A stretch of 25,791 bases of DNA from a virus (taxonomy: Duplodnaviria > Caudoviricetes), in IMG/VR virus record IMGVR_UViG_3300017782_000194, positions 1-25,791 of that record. One strand, given 5' to 3'. The notes under the pieces are model-generated. The model saw nothing but the letters and a program-made list of their open reading frames with translations, searched no databases and had not been told where the DNA came from. The first letter of the stretch is position 1, and every line of letters starts with the position of its first letter. The position numbers and the translations under genes were made by a program. Positions 1-8,902 of this stretch are shown here, piece after piece.

Positions 1-123
1 AGCCAGCAAAGAGTTACAATTAACAGAAGTACCAGTATTGGCTATGCCGGACGGTATAAGCGATGAAAAAGTACGAGCATATAGAATAGCTGACAACAAG
101 TTGAATGAATTAGCAGGTTGGGA
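1..123. repeat. Terminal direct repeat, copy 1 (identical to 25669-25791); assembly overlap of a circular/circularly permuted genome
   Basis: AGCCAGCAAAGAG...GCAGGTTGGGA occurs at both ends, and an ORF reads in frame across the join. Confidence 0.97.
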
Positions 124-586
124 CGAAGATTTATTAACAGAAGAATTGGCTGATTTGAAAGAACTCACAGGTGATATTGAACTCACAGGTTTTAAGAGTG
201 AAGAGCTTGATAAGATGCTGAAATTGTCAGACGATACATATACAAAGAAGATAGATACGCCATTGTATGAGCCCAAGGGTGATCGGCCAGAGTTGGATCA
301 CTTGTATGATGATGAAAGAGCTCAAGGATTGTTGGACAACATAGAGAAGAGTGAATTACCAGCTGACATTAAAAAATTTTTAAGCCTTGCGGCTTATAGG
401 CATATTGAGTTCGATTATGGGAGAATAGCTGAATACTATGCCCATGCTGATAAAGATACACAAAAGCTATTTGAAGATAGTGCGTTGGTTATAATTGACT
501 TTGATAGAGCAATAGAGCTTGGTTATACTAAATTAAGAGATGATATTGCTGACATATACTTGGAAAGTGCTGATAACAATGCGTGA
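1..586 (+). CDS. 3' part of ParB/Srx N-terminal domain protein (starts at ATG 25493, wraps the origin, about 253 aa) with a conserved C-terminal domain
   Basis: In frame with 25493-25668. AYRIADNKLNELAGWDEDLL is the typical tail of phage ParB-N domains. The ORF-track start at 38 is an artefact of the linear window. Confidence 0.9.
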   Translation, partial: ASKELQLTEVPVLAMPDGISDEKVRAYRIADNKLNELAGWDEDLLTEELADLKELTGDIELTGFKSEELDKMLKLSDDTYTKKIDTPLYEPKGDRPELDHLYDDERAQGLLDNIEKSELPADIKKFLSLAAYRHIEFDYGRIAEYYAHADKDTQKLFEDSALVIIDFDRAIELGYTKLRDDIADIYLESADNNA

Positions 587-1418
587 TGATTTCGCAGTAT
601 TCATATTAACTCACAAGCGACCAGACCGTATTTACACCAAGCGTATGTTGGATAGATTTAAATACACAGGCCGGATTGTTTATATAGTTGATGATCAAGA
701 TGATACTGTAGATGAATACAAGCGATTGTACGGTGACTCAGTATATGTATTTGATAAGTTAAAGGCCGCAGAAATCACAGACACAATGGATAACGAAACA
801 CATCAGCGTGGTGTTGTATTCGCACGAAATTGGTGTTGGACAATAGCCAAAGAGTTGGGTTTAAAATACTTTATGGTATTGGATGATGATTATAGTAGTA
901 TACAGCATATCACAAATGCTGAACATAACAATAGAAGCCGTAGTATACAATTAACAAATATGGATAGATTATTCACAGCAATGGTTGAGTTCGTTGAAAG
1001 CACACCAGTACTCACATTGGCAATGGGACAAGGTGGTGATTATCAAGGTGGTGGTGGATGGGACAGGCCAAAGCGTAAAGCAATGAACAGTTTCGTATGT
1101 GCCACAGATAGACCATTTAAGTTTAGTGGAAGAACAAATGAAGATGTTAACGCATATGTACGATTGGGTAATAAAGGCGATATAATGTTAACACAGATGA
1201 AAACCAGCATTATACAGAAGCTAACGCAGTCTAATGAGGGTGGTTTAACAGAGTTATATTTAGATACAGGTACATATGTTAAGAGCTTCTTTAGTGTTAT
1301 GATGCACCCTAGTGGAGTACGAGTAGCAGTATTGGGTAAAAAGCACGAACGATTACATCACAGAGTTGATTGGCGAAAAACAGCACCCAAGATATTAAGA
1401 CAGGAGTATAAAAAGTAA
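579..1418 (+). CDS. GT-A fold glycosyltransferase, GREB1/TET-associated (TAGT)-like; putative DNA base glycosyltransferase
   Basis: Motifs AVFILTHKRPD, VFARNWCW, FMVLDDD (DxD-type) and GRTNEDV. Lies between the ParB-N gene and the terminase, a known context for this family. ATG 579 overlaps the upstream stop (ATGCGTGA). Confidence 0.75.
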   Translation: MRDDFAVFILTHKRPDRIYTKRMLDRFKYTGRIVYIVDDQDDTVDEYKRLYGDSVYVFDKLKAAEITDTMDNETHQRGVVFARNWCWTIAKELGLKYFMVLDDDYSSIQHITNAEHNNRSRSIQLTNMDRLFTAMVEFVESTPVLTLAMGQGGDYQGGGGWDRPKRKAMNSFVCATDRPFKFSGRTNEDVNAYVRLGNKGDIMLTQMKTSIIQKLTQSNEGGLTELYLDTGTYVKSFFSVMMHPSGVRVAVLGKKHERLHHRVDWRKTAPKILRQEYKK

Positions 1419-2644
1419 TGCCGTTGAGTAAACCACAACAAACAATATTTGATGATAAAAATCGCTTTAGATTAGCTTGTTGCGGGCGGCGTTTTGGAAA
1501 ATCCTATTTGGCAATATGGGAAATGGCTCGTGCCGCGAGATTTCCAAATCAAAAGATTATGTATATGAGCTTGAACTATAGACAAGCAAAGAATATTATA
1601 TTGGAAGATTTGAGAGAACAGTTGGTAAAGAGAAGATGGGTTAAAAAGATTAACGAAAGTGATTTAACATTGTATTTGGTTAATGGCAGTACAATCACAT
1701 TGCGTAGTGCGGATGCGGCGGTTAGTATTCGTGGCAGTCGATACGATTTCGCAGTTTTAGATGAGTGTGCATTTTACGATAGAAAAATTTGGACAGATAT
1801 AGTGAGGCCTACACTATCGGATAGTGAAGGCGGTGCGTTGTTTATTAGTACTCCACAAGGTATGGGTAATTGGTTTTATGATATGTGGATGGAAGCTCAC
1901 AAGTTGGAAGATTGGAGTGCGTATCAATATACAACATTGGAAGGCGGACAGATTAGTAATTTAGAAATAGAGGCCGCAAGAAGAGATTTAGATTTGGCCA
2001 CATTCAAACAGGAGTACGAAGCCAATTGGCAAAGTAGTGGAAACATTATATTTTATGCATTTGATAAAGATAACATAGAAAAGTTTAGTGGTGAGATTCC
2101 TAATCAAATACACATAGGACTTGACTTTAACATTAGTAAAATGACGGCCGTAATTGGTGTAAAGTATAAAACAGGATTGCATATAATAGATGAAATAGTA
2201 TTGCGTAACACAAACACAGATGAAATGTGTCAGGCAATAAAACAAAAGTACCCAGATAAAATGATATTCATTTACCCAGATAGTGCCGGATCACAAAGAA
2301 AAACAAGTGCGGGTGGTAATACAGATCACACCATATTGCAACAGTATGGATTTAAAGTTATGGCTAATAAAGCAAATCCATTGGTAAAAGATAGAATAAA
2401 TGCTGGTAATAGATTATTATGTGATGCGTATGGTAATAGAAACCTATTCGTAGAACCTACTTGTAGAGAAACAATCACAGCTATTAGTAAATGGGAGTAT
2501 CAAGCAAATACGAACATTCCTAAAAAGGATGCTGAAAAGGGTTATGATGGTGTTAATGATAGTTGGAGTTATATGGTGTCATATCTGTATCCAATTAAGC
2601 CGGAATATACTCAAAGAACTGTAAAAACATACGGTGCATGGTAA
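1418..2644 (+). CDS. terL: Terminase large subunit
   Basis: Walker A CGRRFGKS, Walker B AVLDE, motif C FISTPQG, RNase H-like nuclease IGLDFN...YPDSAG...DGVNDSWSY. Confidence 0.96.
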   Translation: MPLSKPQQTIFDDKNRFRLACCGRRFGKSYLAIWEMARAARFPNQKIMYMSLNYRQAKNIILEDLREQLVKRRWVKKINESDLTLYLVNGSTITLRSADAAVSIRGSRYDFAVLDECAFYDRKIWTDIVRPTLSDSEGGALFISTPQGMGNWFYDMWMEAHKLEDWSAYQYTTLEGGQISNLEIEAARRDLDLATFKQEYEANWQSSGNIIFYAFDKDNIEKFSGEIPNQIHIGLDFNISKMTAVIGVKYKTGLHIIDEIVLRNTNTDEMCQAIKQKYPDKMIFIYPDSAGSQRKTSAGGNTDHTILQQYGFKVMANKANPLVKDRINAGNRLLCDAYGNRNLFVEPTCRETITAISKWEYQANTNIPKKDAEKGYDGVNDSWSYMVSYLYPIKPEYTQRTVKTYGAW

Positions 2645-2675
2645 AAAAGTCGCGAACTATATAGACAATCTATGG

Positions 2676-2703
2676 TTGACAACCTACCTAATCAATATAT
2701 ATT
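2676..2703 (+). promoter_or_regulatory. sigma70-like promoter for the small-gene cassette
   Basis: TTGACA (2676-2681), 16 nt, TATATT (2698-2703); SD AAGGAG precedes ATG 2736. Confidence 0.7.
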
Positions 2704-2735
2704 AATAGTATAAACACAAACAAAAGGAGACTAAA

Positions 2736-3029
2736 ATGTCGAAAACAAATACAAAATTGTACAATGTTGGTACAGATAAATCACATACAAATCTTTATCC
2801 ATTAACATATGAGAATGCTGTGGATATGCAAAAAAATCACGCACCAAATGAGCCTGTAACTGAATTAACAGAGGTTGAATATGCTTGTTTTTACTTATTC
2901 AATGATTATGGTTATAAGAACAATGCTGATGTGAGAACTAAATTACAAGAGATAATTGATGCTGGTAACACGCCTCGACAAGCCGCACATATGATGCTAT
3001 CTATAAACAACCAGACTGTGGAGGCGTAA
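2736..3029 (+). CDS. Hypothetical protein (cassette gene 1)
   Basis: 97-aa ORF with strong SD; no recognisable motif. Confidence 0.8.
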   Translation: MSKTNTKLYNVGTDKSHTNLYPLTYENAVDMQKNHAPNEPVTELTEVEYACFYLFNDYGYKNNADVRTKLQEIIDAGNTPRQAAHMMLSINNQTVEA

Positions 3030-3030
3030 G

Positions 3031-3219
3031 ATGGAACCAACAGTTGAATTTCCCTTTACATATGATGAGTATAGACGAGTACAAATAGCTCACAAAAAAG
3101 GAATTGCTAGTTTATCAGATATTGCTGGTATGGCATTTTATTTAGAAAACACACCGCAAGAATATATGAATGAACTTTTGGATGATTCAGAATATAAACA
3201 ATTAGTAGAGGAGGCATAA
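3031..3219 (+). CDS. Hypothetical acidic protein (cassette gene 2)
   Basis: 62-aa ORF; GGAGG SD embedded in the end of the previous gene. Confidence 0.8.
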   Translation: MEPTVEFPFTYDEYRRVQIAHKKGIASLSDIAGMAFYLENTPQEYMNELLDDSEYKQLVEEA

Positions 3220-3220
3220 G

Positions 3221-3583
3221 ATGAGTAAAACAAAAATACAATTTACGATAAAATTAGATTATCATTTTTTTCCTGGAGATATAGTATTAACTGGTACAAT
3301 AACTCACAACTTTAACGCTGATGTTGATATGAATAACCATATTGATATATATAAAGTTATACAAGCAGAAATAGCAAATTTAAATACTGAATATTTACAG
3401 TTCAGAAGAAATAACAATAACGAATTTGAGTGGAATGTTAAAGGATCAGACGATATACACGATGCGAGAGTGAATCTCATTAAATTGAGAGAAAACAGTA
3501 AAGTTGGAGAGCTTCGTTATATACTAAATGAAAAGATATTTAAATATAAAGTTGATGCAAAAACATTACAGGAGGTAGCATAA
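3221..3583 (+). CDS. Hypothetical protein (cassette gene 3)
   Basis: 120-aa ORF with GGAGG SD. Confidence 0.8.
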   Translation: MSKTKIQFTIKLDYHFFPGDIVLTGTITHNFNADVDMNNHIDIYKVIQAEIANLNTEYLQFRRNNNNEFEWNVKGSDDIHDARVNLIKLRENSKVGELRYILNEKIFKYKVDAKTLQEVA

Positions 3584-3584
3584 G

Positions 3585-3992
3585 ATGCCTAAAAATGAAT
3601 GGACAAAGGGTAAACCTAAAAAATATGAGTTGAATGTTGAAGCCGTTGATAAGAAAGACGCTGAAGCAAAAAGAATGATCGCAAAGTTAAGTGGTAAGAA
3701 AATATTCAAAGCTGAAAAGCGAAGACGATTCGTAAGAGTTGATACAGTTTTTATTGCGGCTGATACTGCTGAACAAGCAATGCGAAAGTACGAAGATAAC
3801 AGTTTAATGAATTGTGTCATTGGCGAAACAAATGATGATGGTATAGATCAAGTAAGATGTGAACCATATGCATACGAAGATAAAGAATGGTATGATATGG
3901 AAGATCATATGTTTAGTTTTTTTAGTCCTGTTGAGTATGATGACAAAGACAAATATCACAGAAAGTTGATAGAAAAATCAACAGATAAATAA
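3585..3992 (+). CDS. Hypothetical protein (cassette gene 4); basic N-half, acidic C-half
   Basis: 135-aa ORF with GGAGG SD. Confidence 0.8.
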   Translation: MPKNEWTKGKPKKYELNVEAVDKKDAEAKRMIAKLSGKKIFKAEKRRRFVRVDTVFIAADTAEQAMRKYEDNSLMNCVIGETNDDGIDQVRCEPYAYEDKEWYDMEDHMFSFFSPVEYDDKDKYHRKLIEKSTDK

Positions 3993-3995
3993 CAG

Positions 3996-4149
3996 TATTG
4001 CTGATGAGAATCAGTAGTAAGAGTGAGTACTCTTATGTTGCAGTTAGTAGTGCGTTTATTACGACATTTCTCCAGAATATCATATATACTACAAGACTAC
4101 TAACTGCATAAAAGAAAAACCCGCAATATGAAAATACTGCGGGTTTTTT
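3996..4149 (+). ncRNA. Candidate structured RNA / structured 3' trailer
   Basis: GAGA-tetraloop hairpin 3996-4019, hairpin 4018-4035, perfect 13-bp stem 4039-4051/4096-4108; ends in a terminator and is preceded by ATAAATA at 3985-3991. Confidence 0.45.
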
Positions 4150-4238
4150 AATGACCTAAAGTTCTAATAGGATATTAGTTTACATGAGCTGTACTCTATT
4201 ATTGGAAATAGAAGAACTTTAAATCCTACTCAACACAA
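4112..4238 (-). ncRNA. Candidate minus-strand small RNA (about 125 nt)
   Basis: Lies between a minus-strand promoter (4243-4270) and the bidirectional terminator; 9-bp inverted repeat 4157-4165/4213-4221; no ORF (only ATG-TAA). Confidence 0.5.
4115..4149. terminator. Bidirectional intrinsic terminator
   Basis: AAAAACCCGCA (4115-4125) / TGCGGGTTTTT (4138-4148), with an A-run before and a T-run after. Confidence 0.85.
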
Positions 4239-4242
4239 AGTT

Positions 4243-4270
4243 ATAGTAGCATATGTATTTATATTGTCAA
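4243..4270 (-). promoter_or_regulatory. Minus-strand sigma70-like promoter with TATAAATA in its spacer
   Basis: Minus strand reads GG-TTGACA-ATATAAATACATATGC-TACTAT (16-nt spacer, TGn extended -10). Confidence 0.65.
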
Positions 4271-4305
4271 CCTATATCTGTACAGATAATCGAGATTTAT
4301 CGATG

Positions 4306-4312
4306 ATAAATA
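4306..4312 (+). promoter_or_regulatory. Putative T4-type late promoter (ATAAATA) for the portal operon
   Basis: GATAAATA about 85 nt upstream of the portal ATG and downstream of a terminator; no good sigma70 -35/-10 pair seen on the + strand here. Confidence 0.5.
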
Positions 4313-4394
4313 ACAATGTAATTAACAACTGTTCTGTTAATGGCATTAGCAATGTGGGAAACACAGTAAAAACACTCATAATGAGGATATACAT

Positions 4395-5846
4395 ATGAAA
4401 ACAGCAAAACAATTAAGCCAGGTACACCCTGGTTATTCAGAATACGCATATCGTTGGGATTATTATATGAGATCCTATATGGGTGCTGAAGAATACAGAG
4501 ATGGTGCTTATTTAAGAAAATATATAGCAGAAGATCAAGCACCTGGGAATCAATATCAACAAAGATTAATAGATACTGCATTACAAAACCATGTGCGTCA
4601 AACAGTTGATGCATATCGTAGTTTCCTATTTAGAAATCCGCCAAGCAGAACATTGGGTAAATTATCAGAAGACCCATTCACAAGAAATTTTTTAGAAAAC
4701 GCTGATTTAGACAACACAACACTGAATGACTTTATGCGTGAGGTTAACGATATGGTCACAATTTACGGTGGCTGTTGGGTTGGCGTTGATAGACCAGCAT
4801 ATCAAGTTGATACTGTAGCACAAGAAATAGCTGAAGGTATCAGAAGTTATGTGACATTGTACAGTCCAACAAATGTAAGAGACTGGTGTTATAAAAGAAA
4901 AGTAAACGGACAAAAAGTACTTGATTATATCAAAGTAGTTGACGAATCACATCACGATTATGATGTACTAAGATGTTGGCACGAAGATATGGTTGAGGTA
5001 TATAAAGTTGCAAAAGGTGCAACAGAATACTCAGGCAGTAATTTAAGCGATACTGCAAACATAAAAGATAGTTTAGTTATCGATTATGGAGAAATTTTAG
5101 AATATAATGAATATGTTAACCCATTGGGTTATATTCCATTTATTCATGTACAAACAGACAAGAGCTTCCACAAGGGCGTTGGTACAAGTGCCGTTGGTGA
5201 TGTATGTGATCTGCAAAGAGAAATATACAACTTGACATCCGAATTGTATCAGACTATCAGAATAAGTAGTGCCCCAAGCATAGTGGCGGAACCAGCGGCA
5301 GAGATTACAGGTGGAGCAGGCGCGATTATCACAATCCCTGAAACCACTACTAATGTACCATATCTATTACAACCAACAGGTGCAAGTGTTGATGGTATAT
5401 TGAAAAGCATTGAACAAAAAGTTGGTGCAATTGATGACTTAACTCACTTAACAGCTATTAAAGCTAAAAAGGGAGCACAGTCGGGTGTATCATTACAAAT
5501 AGAAAAAGAAATGTTAAATGCTAAATTAGCAGACACAGCTGGTGTCTTAGAAAGTACAGAAAGAAAAATTTGGAAGATGTGGTTTAATTGGCAGGGTATA
5601 GAACCCGATGATAACTTTTACATCGCATATGAAAAGAAATTTGATCTTCGTGATAAACATCAGGAACTGTCGCTGTTTGACAAAGCGGCGAAAGCAGTAC
5701 CACACGATAGTTTTTTACACTATATGCATCAAGAAATAGCAAGGTTATTGGTCACAGACGAAGGTGATCTACAAGAAATTCTTGATAATATGGCAGAAGA
5801 TCATAAGGCTATGGATATTCAAACACCAAACATTGGTAATGAATAA
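4395..5846 (+). CDS. Portal protein (SPP1 gp6/DUF4055-like)
   Basis: 483 aa, between terL and scaffold; N-terminal HPxY, NADLDNTTLNDF, NPLGYIPF and SGVSLQIE motifs typical of this portal group. Confidence 0.88.
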   Translation: MKTAKQLSQVHPGYSEYAYRWDYYMRSYMGAEEYRDGAYLRKYIAEDQAPGNQYQQRLIDTALQNHVRQTVDAYRSFLFRNPPSRTLGKLSEDPFTRNFLENADLDNTTLNDFMREVNDMVTIYGGCWVGVDRPAYQVDTVAQEIAEGIRSYVTLYSPTNVRDWCYKRKVNGQKVLDYIKVVDESHHDYDVLRCWHEDMVEVYKVAKGATEYSGSNLSDTANIKDSLVIDYGEILEYNEYVNPLGYIPFIHVQTDKSFHKGVGTSAVGDVCDLQREIYNLTSELYQTIRISSAPSIVAEPAAEITGGAGAIITIPETTTNVPYLLQPTGASVDGILKSIEQKVGAIDDLTHLTAIKAKKGAQSGVSLQIEKEMLNAKLADTAGVLESTERKIWKMWFNWQGIEPDDNFYIAYEKKFDLRDKHQELSLFDKAAKAVPHDSFLHYMHQEIARLLVTDEGDLQEILDNMAEDHKAMDIQTPNIGNE

Positions 5847-5849
5847 ATA
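5843..5849 (+). promoter_or_regulatory. Putative late promoter (ATAAATA) for scaffold/capsid, followed by a leader hairpin (5857-5890)
   Basis: ATAAATA overlaps the portal stop; ACTGATA...TATCAGT stem precedes the GGGAG SD. Confidence 0.45.
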
Positions 5850-5918
5850 GCAATATACTGATAGGTTTAATAAAACCCCCAAATATCAGTTTTATCCTTG
5901 CAAGGGAGATATCGTAAT

Positions 5919-6620
5919 ATGAACGAAGAAAATAAAATCATAGAAAATACTGAAGCTGAGGCTACTGGAGCAACAGAAATTCAGGAACAAGAAACAAACC
6001 AGGCTGAGAAAGTATTCAAGCAAGAAGATGTTGATCGTATTATCGCAAACAGACTTAAACAAGTTGAGCGTAAGTATGATGATGTTGATCTTGATGAATA
6101 CAGATCATTGAAATCAAAAGCAGAACAGGCTAAAGAAAAAGATATGATCAAAAAAGAGCAATTTGAACAACTATTACAAAAGCAAAAGTCAGAAGCAGAT
6201 GCTAAAATGTCAGAGATGCAAAAGAAATTGGAAACAGTTCACATCGACGGTGCATTATTAAGTGCGGCTTCAAAACATAAAGCTGTTAACCCAGACCATG
6301 TAGCTAACCTATTGAAAAATAGTGTAAGATTAAATGAACAAGGTCAAGTGGAAGTTTTAGATTCAAAAGGCCAACAGCGTTATAACACTGACACAGCAGA
6401 ACCAACAACAGTTGAAGAAGCAGTAAGTGAATTTATCAACGCGAACGCATACTTGAGAGCGGCTCAACCAGCAGGTGGCGGTTCACAAGGTAATGCAACA
6501 CATACAACCTCAAGAGAGGTTAAATTAAATGACCTCGATATGACTAACCCAGAACATCGTAAGATTTATCAAGAACAGTTCAAAGTTGGTGGTACGAGAA
6601 AGTTTACTGTTAAGAATTAG
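5919..6620 (+). CDS. Capsid scaffolding protein
   Basis: Acidic N-terminus, FKQEDVDRIIANRL motif, coiled coil and C-terminal PAGGGS; immediately upstream of the capsid gene. ATG 5919 has a GGGAG SD. Confidence 0.85.
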   Translation: MNEENKIIENTEAEATGATEIQEQETNQAEKVFKQEDVDRIIANRLKQVERKYDDVDLDEYRSLKSKAEQAKEKDMIKKEQFEQLLQKQKSEADAKMSEMQKKLETVHIDGALLSAASKHKAVNPDHVANLLKNSVRLNEQGQVEVLDSKGQQRYNTDTAEPTTVEEAVSEFINANAYLRAAQPAGGGSQGNATHTTSREVKLNDLDMTNPEHRKIYQEQFKVGGTRKFTVKN

Positions 6621-6652
6621 TTCTTAACAGCATTTTATAAAGGAAAATAAAA

Positions 6653-7504
6653 ATGGCAAACGAAATAGATACAGCTAACTCAGCCGGTCAAATATTTGAG
6701 AATATCACTCAAGCGGCTCAGTTCGTTTTAAACGAAAATGCATTACTAAAACAATTAGTAACTGTATATGATATGCAAGGTACACCAGGCTTAACAGCTT
6801 CAGTACCAGTATATCCAAAATTAGGTGCGTTATCAGCTTTAGCGGCTGGTGCAGACCTATCAAACTCAGATATCGCGGCAACAGCAGTTGATATCACAGC
6901 GGCAGAATTTGGTGCAATGGCTACTATACAAGATATCGTAATTGAAAGTTCACCACTTTCTGTAGCACAAGACGCTGGATCTGTACTCGGATCTGGTATT
7001 GCTCAAGCTATGGACGAAGTTATTGTTGATTTATTCACATCAGCTTCAACTGAAGTAGGTCCAGGTGCAGGTGCAGAATTAACAGTTGAACACATCTTAA
7101 AAGCGGCGGCTACACTAAGAACTAACTCAGTTCCGATGAACGAAGTTGTAGCTGTTATTCATCCTAAACAAGCATTCAACCTTAAGAAAACATTATTGAA
7201 CTCAGGTACTAACCCAAGTGCAAACGCACTAGTTAATACTGCGGCACAGTCATATTTCTTAGGTAGAGTAGGTGGAGTAGACATATACGAATCGGCATCT
7301 TGCGATGTAGACGGTTCAGATGATGCTATCGGTGCAGTATTTCATCGTGGTGCAATTGGTATGGTAATGAAGAGAGATCTTCGTATCGCTACACAAAGAG
7401 ACGAATCTATCAGAGGGTTTGAAATAATTGGCTCATCAGCTTTTGGCGCTGGTATCCTAGATCAAGCTAAGATCGTTAAAATGACTGCGGACGCGGCTCT
7501 GTAA
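6653..7504 (+). CDS. Major capsid protein (HK97 fold)
   Basis: 283 aa Ala-rich with highly biased codons; VAVIHP, LGRVGGVDIYES and IATQRD motifs; synteny. Confidence 0.92.
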   Translation: MANEIDTANSAGQIFENITQAAQFVLNENALLKQLVTVYDMQGTPGLTASVPVYPKLGALSALAAGADLSNSDIAATAVDITAAEFGAMATIQDIVIESSPLSVAQDAGSVLGSGIAQAMDEVIVDLFTSASTEVGPGAGAELTVEHILKAAATLRTNSVPMNEVVAVIHPKQAFNLKKTLLNSGTNPSANALVNTAAQSYFLGRVGGVDIYESASCDVDGSDDAIGAVFHRGAIGMVMKRDLRIATQRDESIRGFEIIGSSAFGAGILDQAKIVKMTADAAL

Positions 7505-7529
7505 TAACTGTATATAAGGAGAACAGGAT

Positions 7530-7976
7530 ATGGCATATGCAACAAACAGTGATTTATTACAGTATGTACCTACTATAACAAGTCACGGAGTAACAGATTT
7601 CTCAACGCAATTAACTGCGGCAGAGAATGATGTGAAAAGGTACATTGAAATAGAGTGGTACAACAAGGCTTTTAGTCAAGGGTATAACCAGCTTGGTCGT
7701 GCAATTGGCTCGGAGTTTAATGGATCACTATTAACTGACGCACAATGGACAAGAGCCACTGTGTTCAGAGCGTTGTATGCTCATATCCTACCTCTGTTGT
7801 CACCGTTTACAGTTGGTGGAGACACTTTTAGAGAGATGATTGATTATTATAGACAAAGATACAATGAGGAAATCAAAGCAGAGATTTCTCAGGGTGTTGA
7901 ATATGATGGAAATAATGATGGATCAATCTCAAGGAGTGAAAAACACAAACATAGACAAGACAGGATATACAGATAA
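7530..7976 (+). CDS. Head-tail adaptor/connector
   Basis: MAYATxxDL N-terminus, helical, directly after the capsid gene. Confidence 0.7.
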   Translation: MAYATNSDLLQYVPTITSHGVTDFSTQLTAAENDVKRYIEIEWYNKAFSQGYNQLGRAIGSEFNGSLLTDAQWTRATVFRALYAHILPLLSPFTVGGDTFREMIDYYRQRYNEEIKAEISQGVEYDGNNDGSISRSEKHKHRQDRIYR

Positions 7977-8401
7977 TGAGTATACGCGAAAGCATCACAG
8001 CACATATCGTAAGTCAAATAAGTGCAATCACAGATGTCAAAAGTTGTACTAGAGAACCTAAAATACTTTCGGATTTAGCGGCAACAAGCTTCCCACATTG
8101 TTTAGTGGAAAGTGCTAATGAAAGAAGAGAGGATTTTAGTACAGGTAATGCGGTCAGGCGTAAAGCAACAATGGATATATTGATTAATGTTATAGTAAGA
8201 AGCAACAATCGAGATACAAGTAGAAATAGTATTATCGAACAGATTGAAGAAAAGTTAGCTTTAGATACAACATTGGGCGGTAATGCATTGAACAGCGGAA
8301 CAAGTGAAATCGTAATAAGAGAGATCGGTGAAACAGCACCATATGGACAAGCGGCAATTGTTTACACAGTTGAATATTATTACACTCGTGGTAATGTTTA
8401 A
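7976..8401 (+). CDS. Tail terminator (lambda gpU-like)
   Basis: MSIRESI start, IEEKLALDTTLGG motif and terminal strand YTVEY; precedes the tail tube. Confidence 0.7.
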   Translation: MSIRESITAHIVSQISAITDVKSCTREPKILSDLAATSFPHCLVESANERREDFSTGNAVRRKATMDILINVIVRSNNRDTSRNSIIEQIEEKLALDTTLGGNALNSGTSEIVIREIGETAPYGQAAIVYTVEYYYTRGNV

Positions 8402-8449
8402 CAAAACCTATTCACTAAGAATAGTTAATGCTAATTTAGGAGAATACAA

Positions 8450-8890
8450 ATGGCAGAAACACTAGGACTTAACGGCGTAGTTAGATTAAGTGACCATGGG
8501 ACTACATTGGATGCAACTCACACGATGCTTCATGTAACATCGTTTTCAATTTCTGAGACATCAGAAACCGTGGATACAACATCTATGGGCGACGCATCTC
8601 GTGAAATCATCGCAACTTTCAAAGGCTTCAACGGTTCTGTTGAAGGTTATTGGGATAAAGATGATCCATCTATCGGCCACGACGCATCACCAACGGCACC
8701 CGTTGTACAAGCAGGAGACAAGATCGTTTTTGAACTTTATCCAAATACAACAAGTGTAGCAGGAAATGCAGTATATTCAGGTGCGGCAATCGTATCGGAT
8801 ATCACAAGAAGCCAAAGTTTTGACGGAGTAACTGAATATTCAATTACTTTTGACGGAACTGGTAACTTGGGTTACGGCGTGACTACATAA
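8450..8890 (+). CDS. Major tail tube protein
   Basis: FSISETSETVDTTSMGD...GFNGSVEGYWD...YSITFDGTG pattern of siphovirus tail tubes. Confidence 0.88.
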   Translation: MAETLGLNGVVRLSDHGTTLDATHTMLHVTSFSISETSETVDTTSMGDASREIIATFKGFNGSVEGYWDKDDPSIGHDASPTAPVVQAGDKIVFELYPNTTSVAGNAVYSGAAIVSDITRSQSFDGVTEYSITFDGTGNLGYGVTT

Positions 8891-8902
8891 GGTTAAAATA
8901 TT

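Noticed and set aside
1-123. Biological direct terminal repeat
   Set aside because: It falls mid-gene and has the length of an assembler overlap; better read as circular permutation.
3002-3587. Junction repeats as a CRISPR array or integron attC sites
   Set aside because: They are short, non-palindromic, spaced by whole genes and explained by SD-stop-start; no cas or integrase is present.
4001-4008. CTGATGAG, the hammerhead ribozyme core
   Set aside because: It is not followed by stem II + GAAA and is itself sequestered in a hairpin with ATCAG.
7840-8052. 70-aa + strand ORF
   Set aside because: Alternate frame overlapping two well-supported structural genes.
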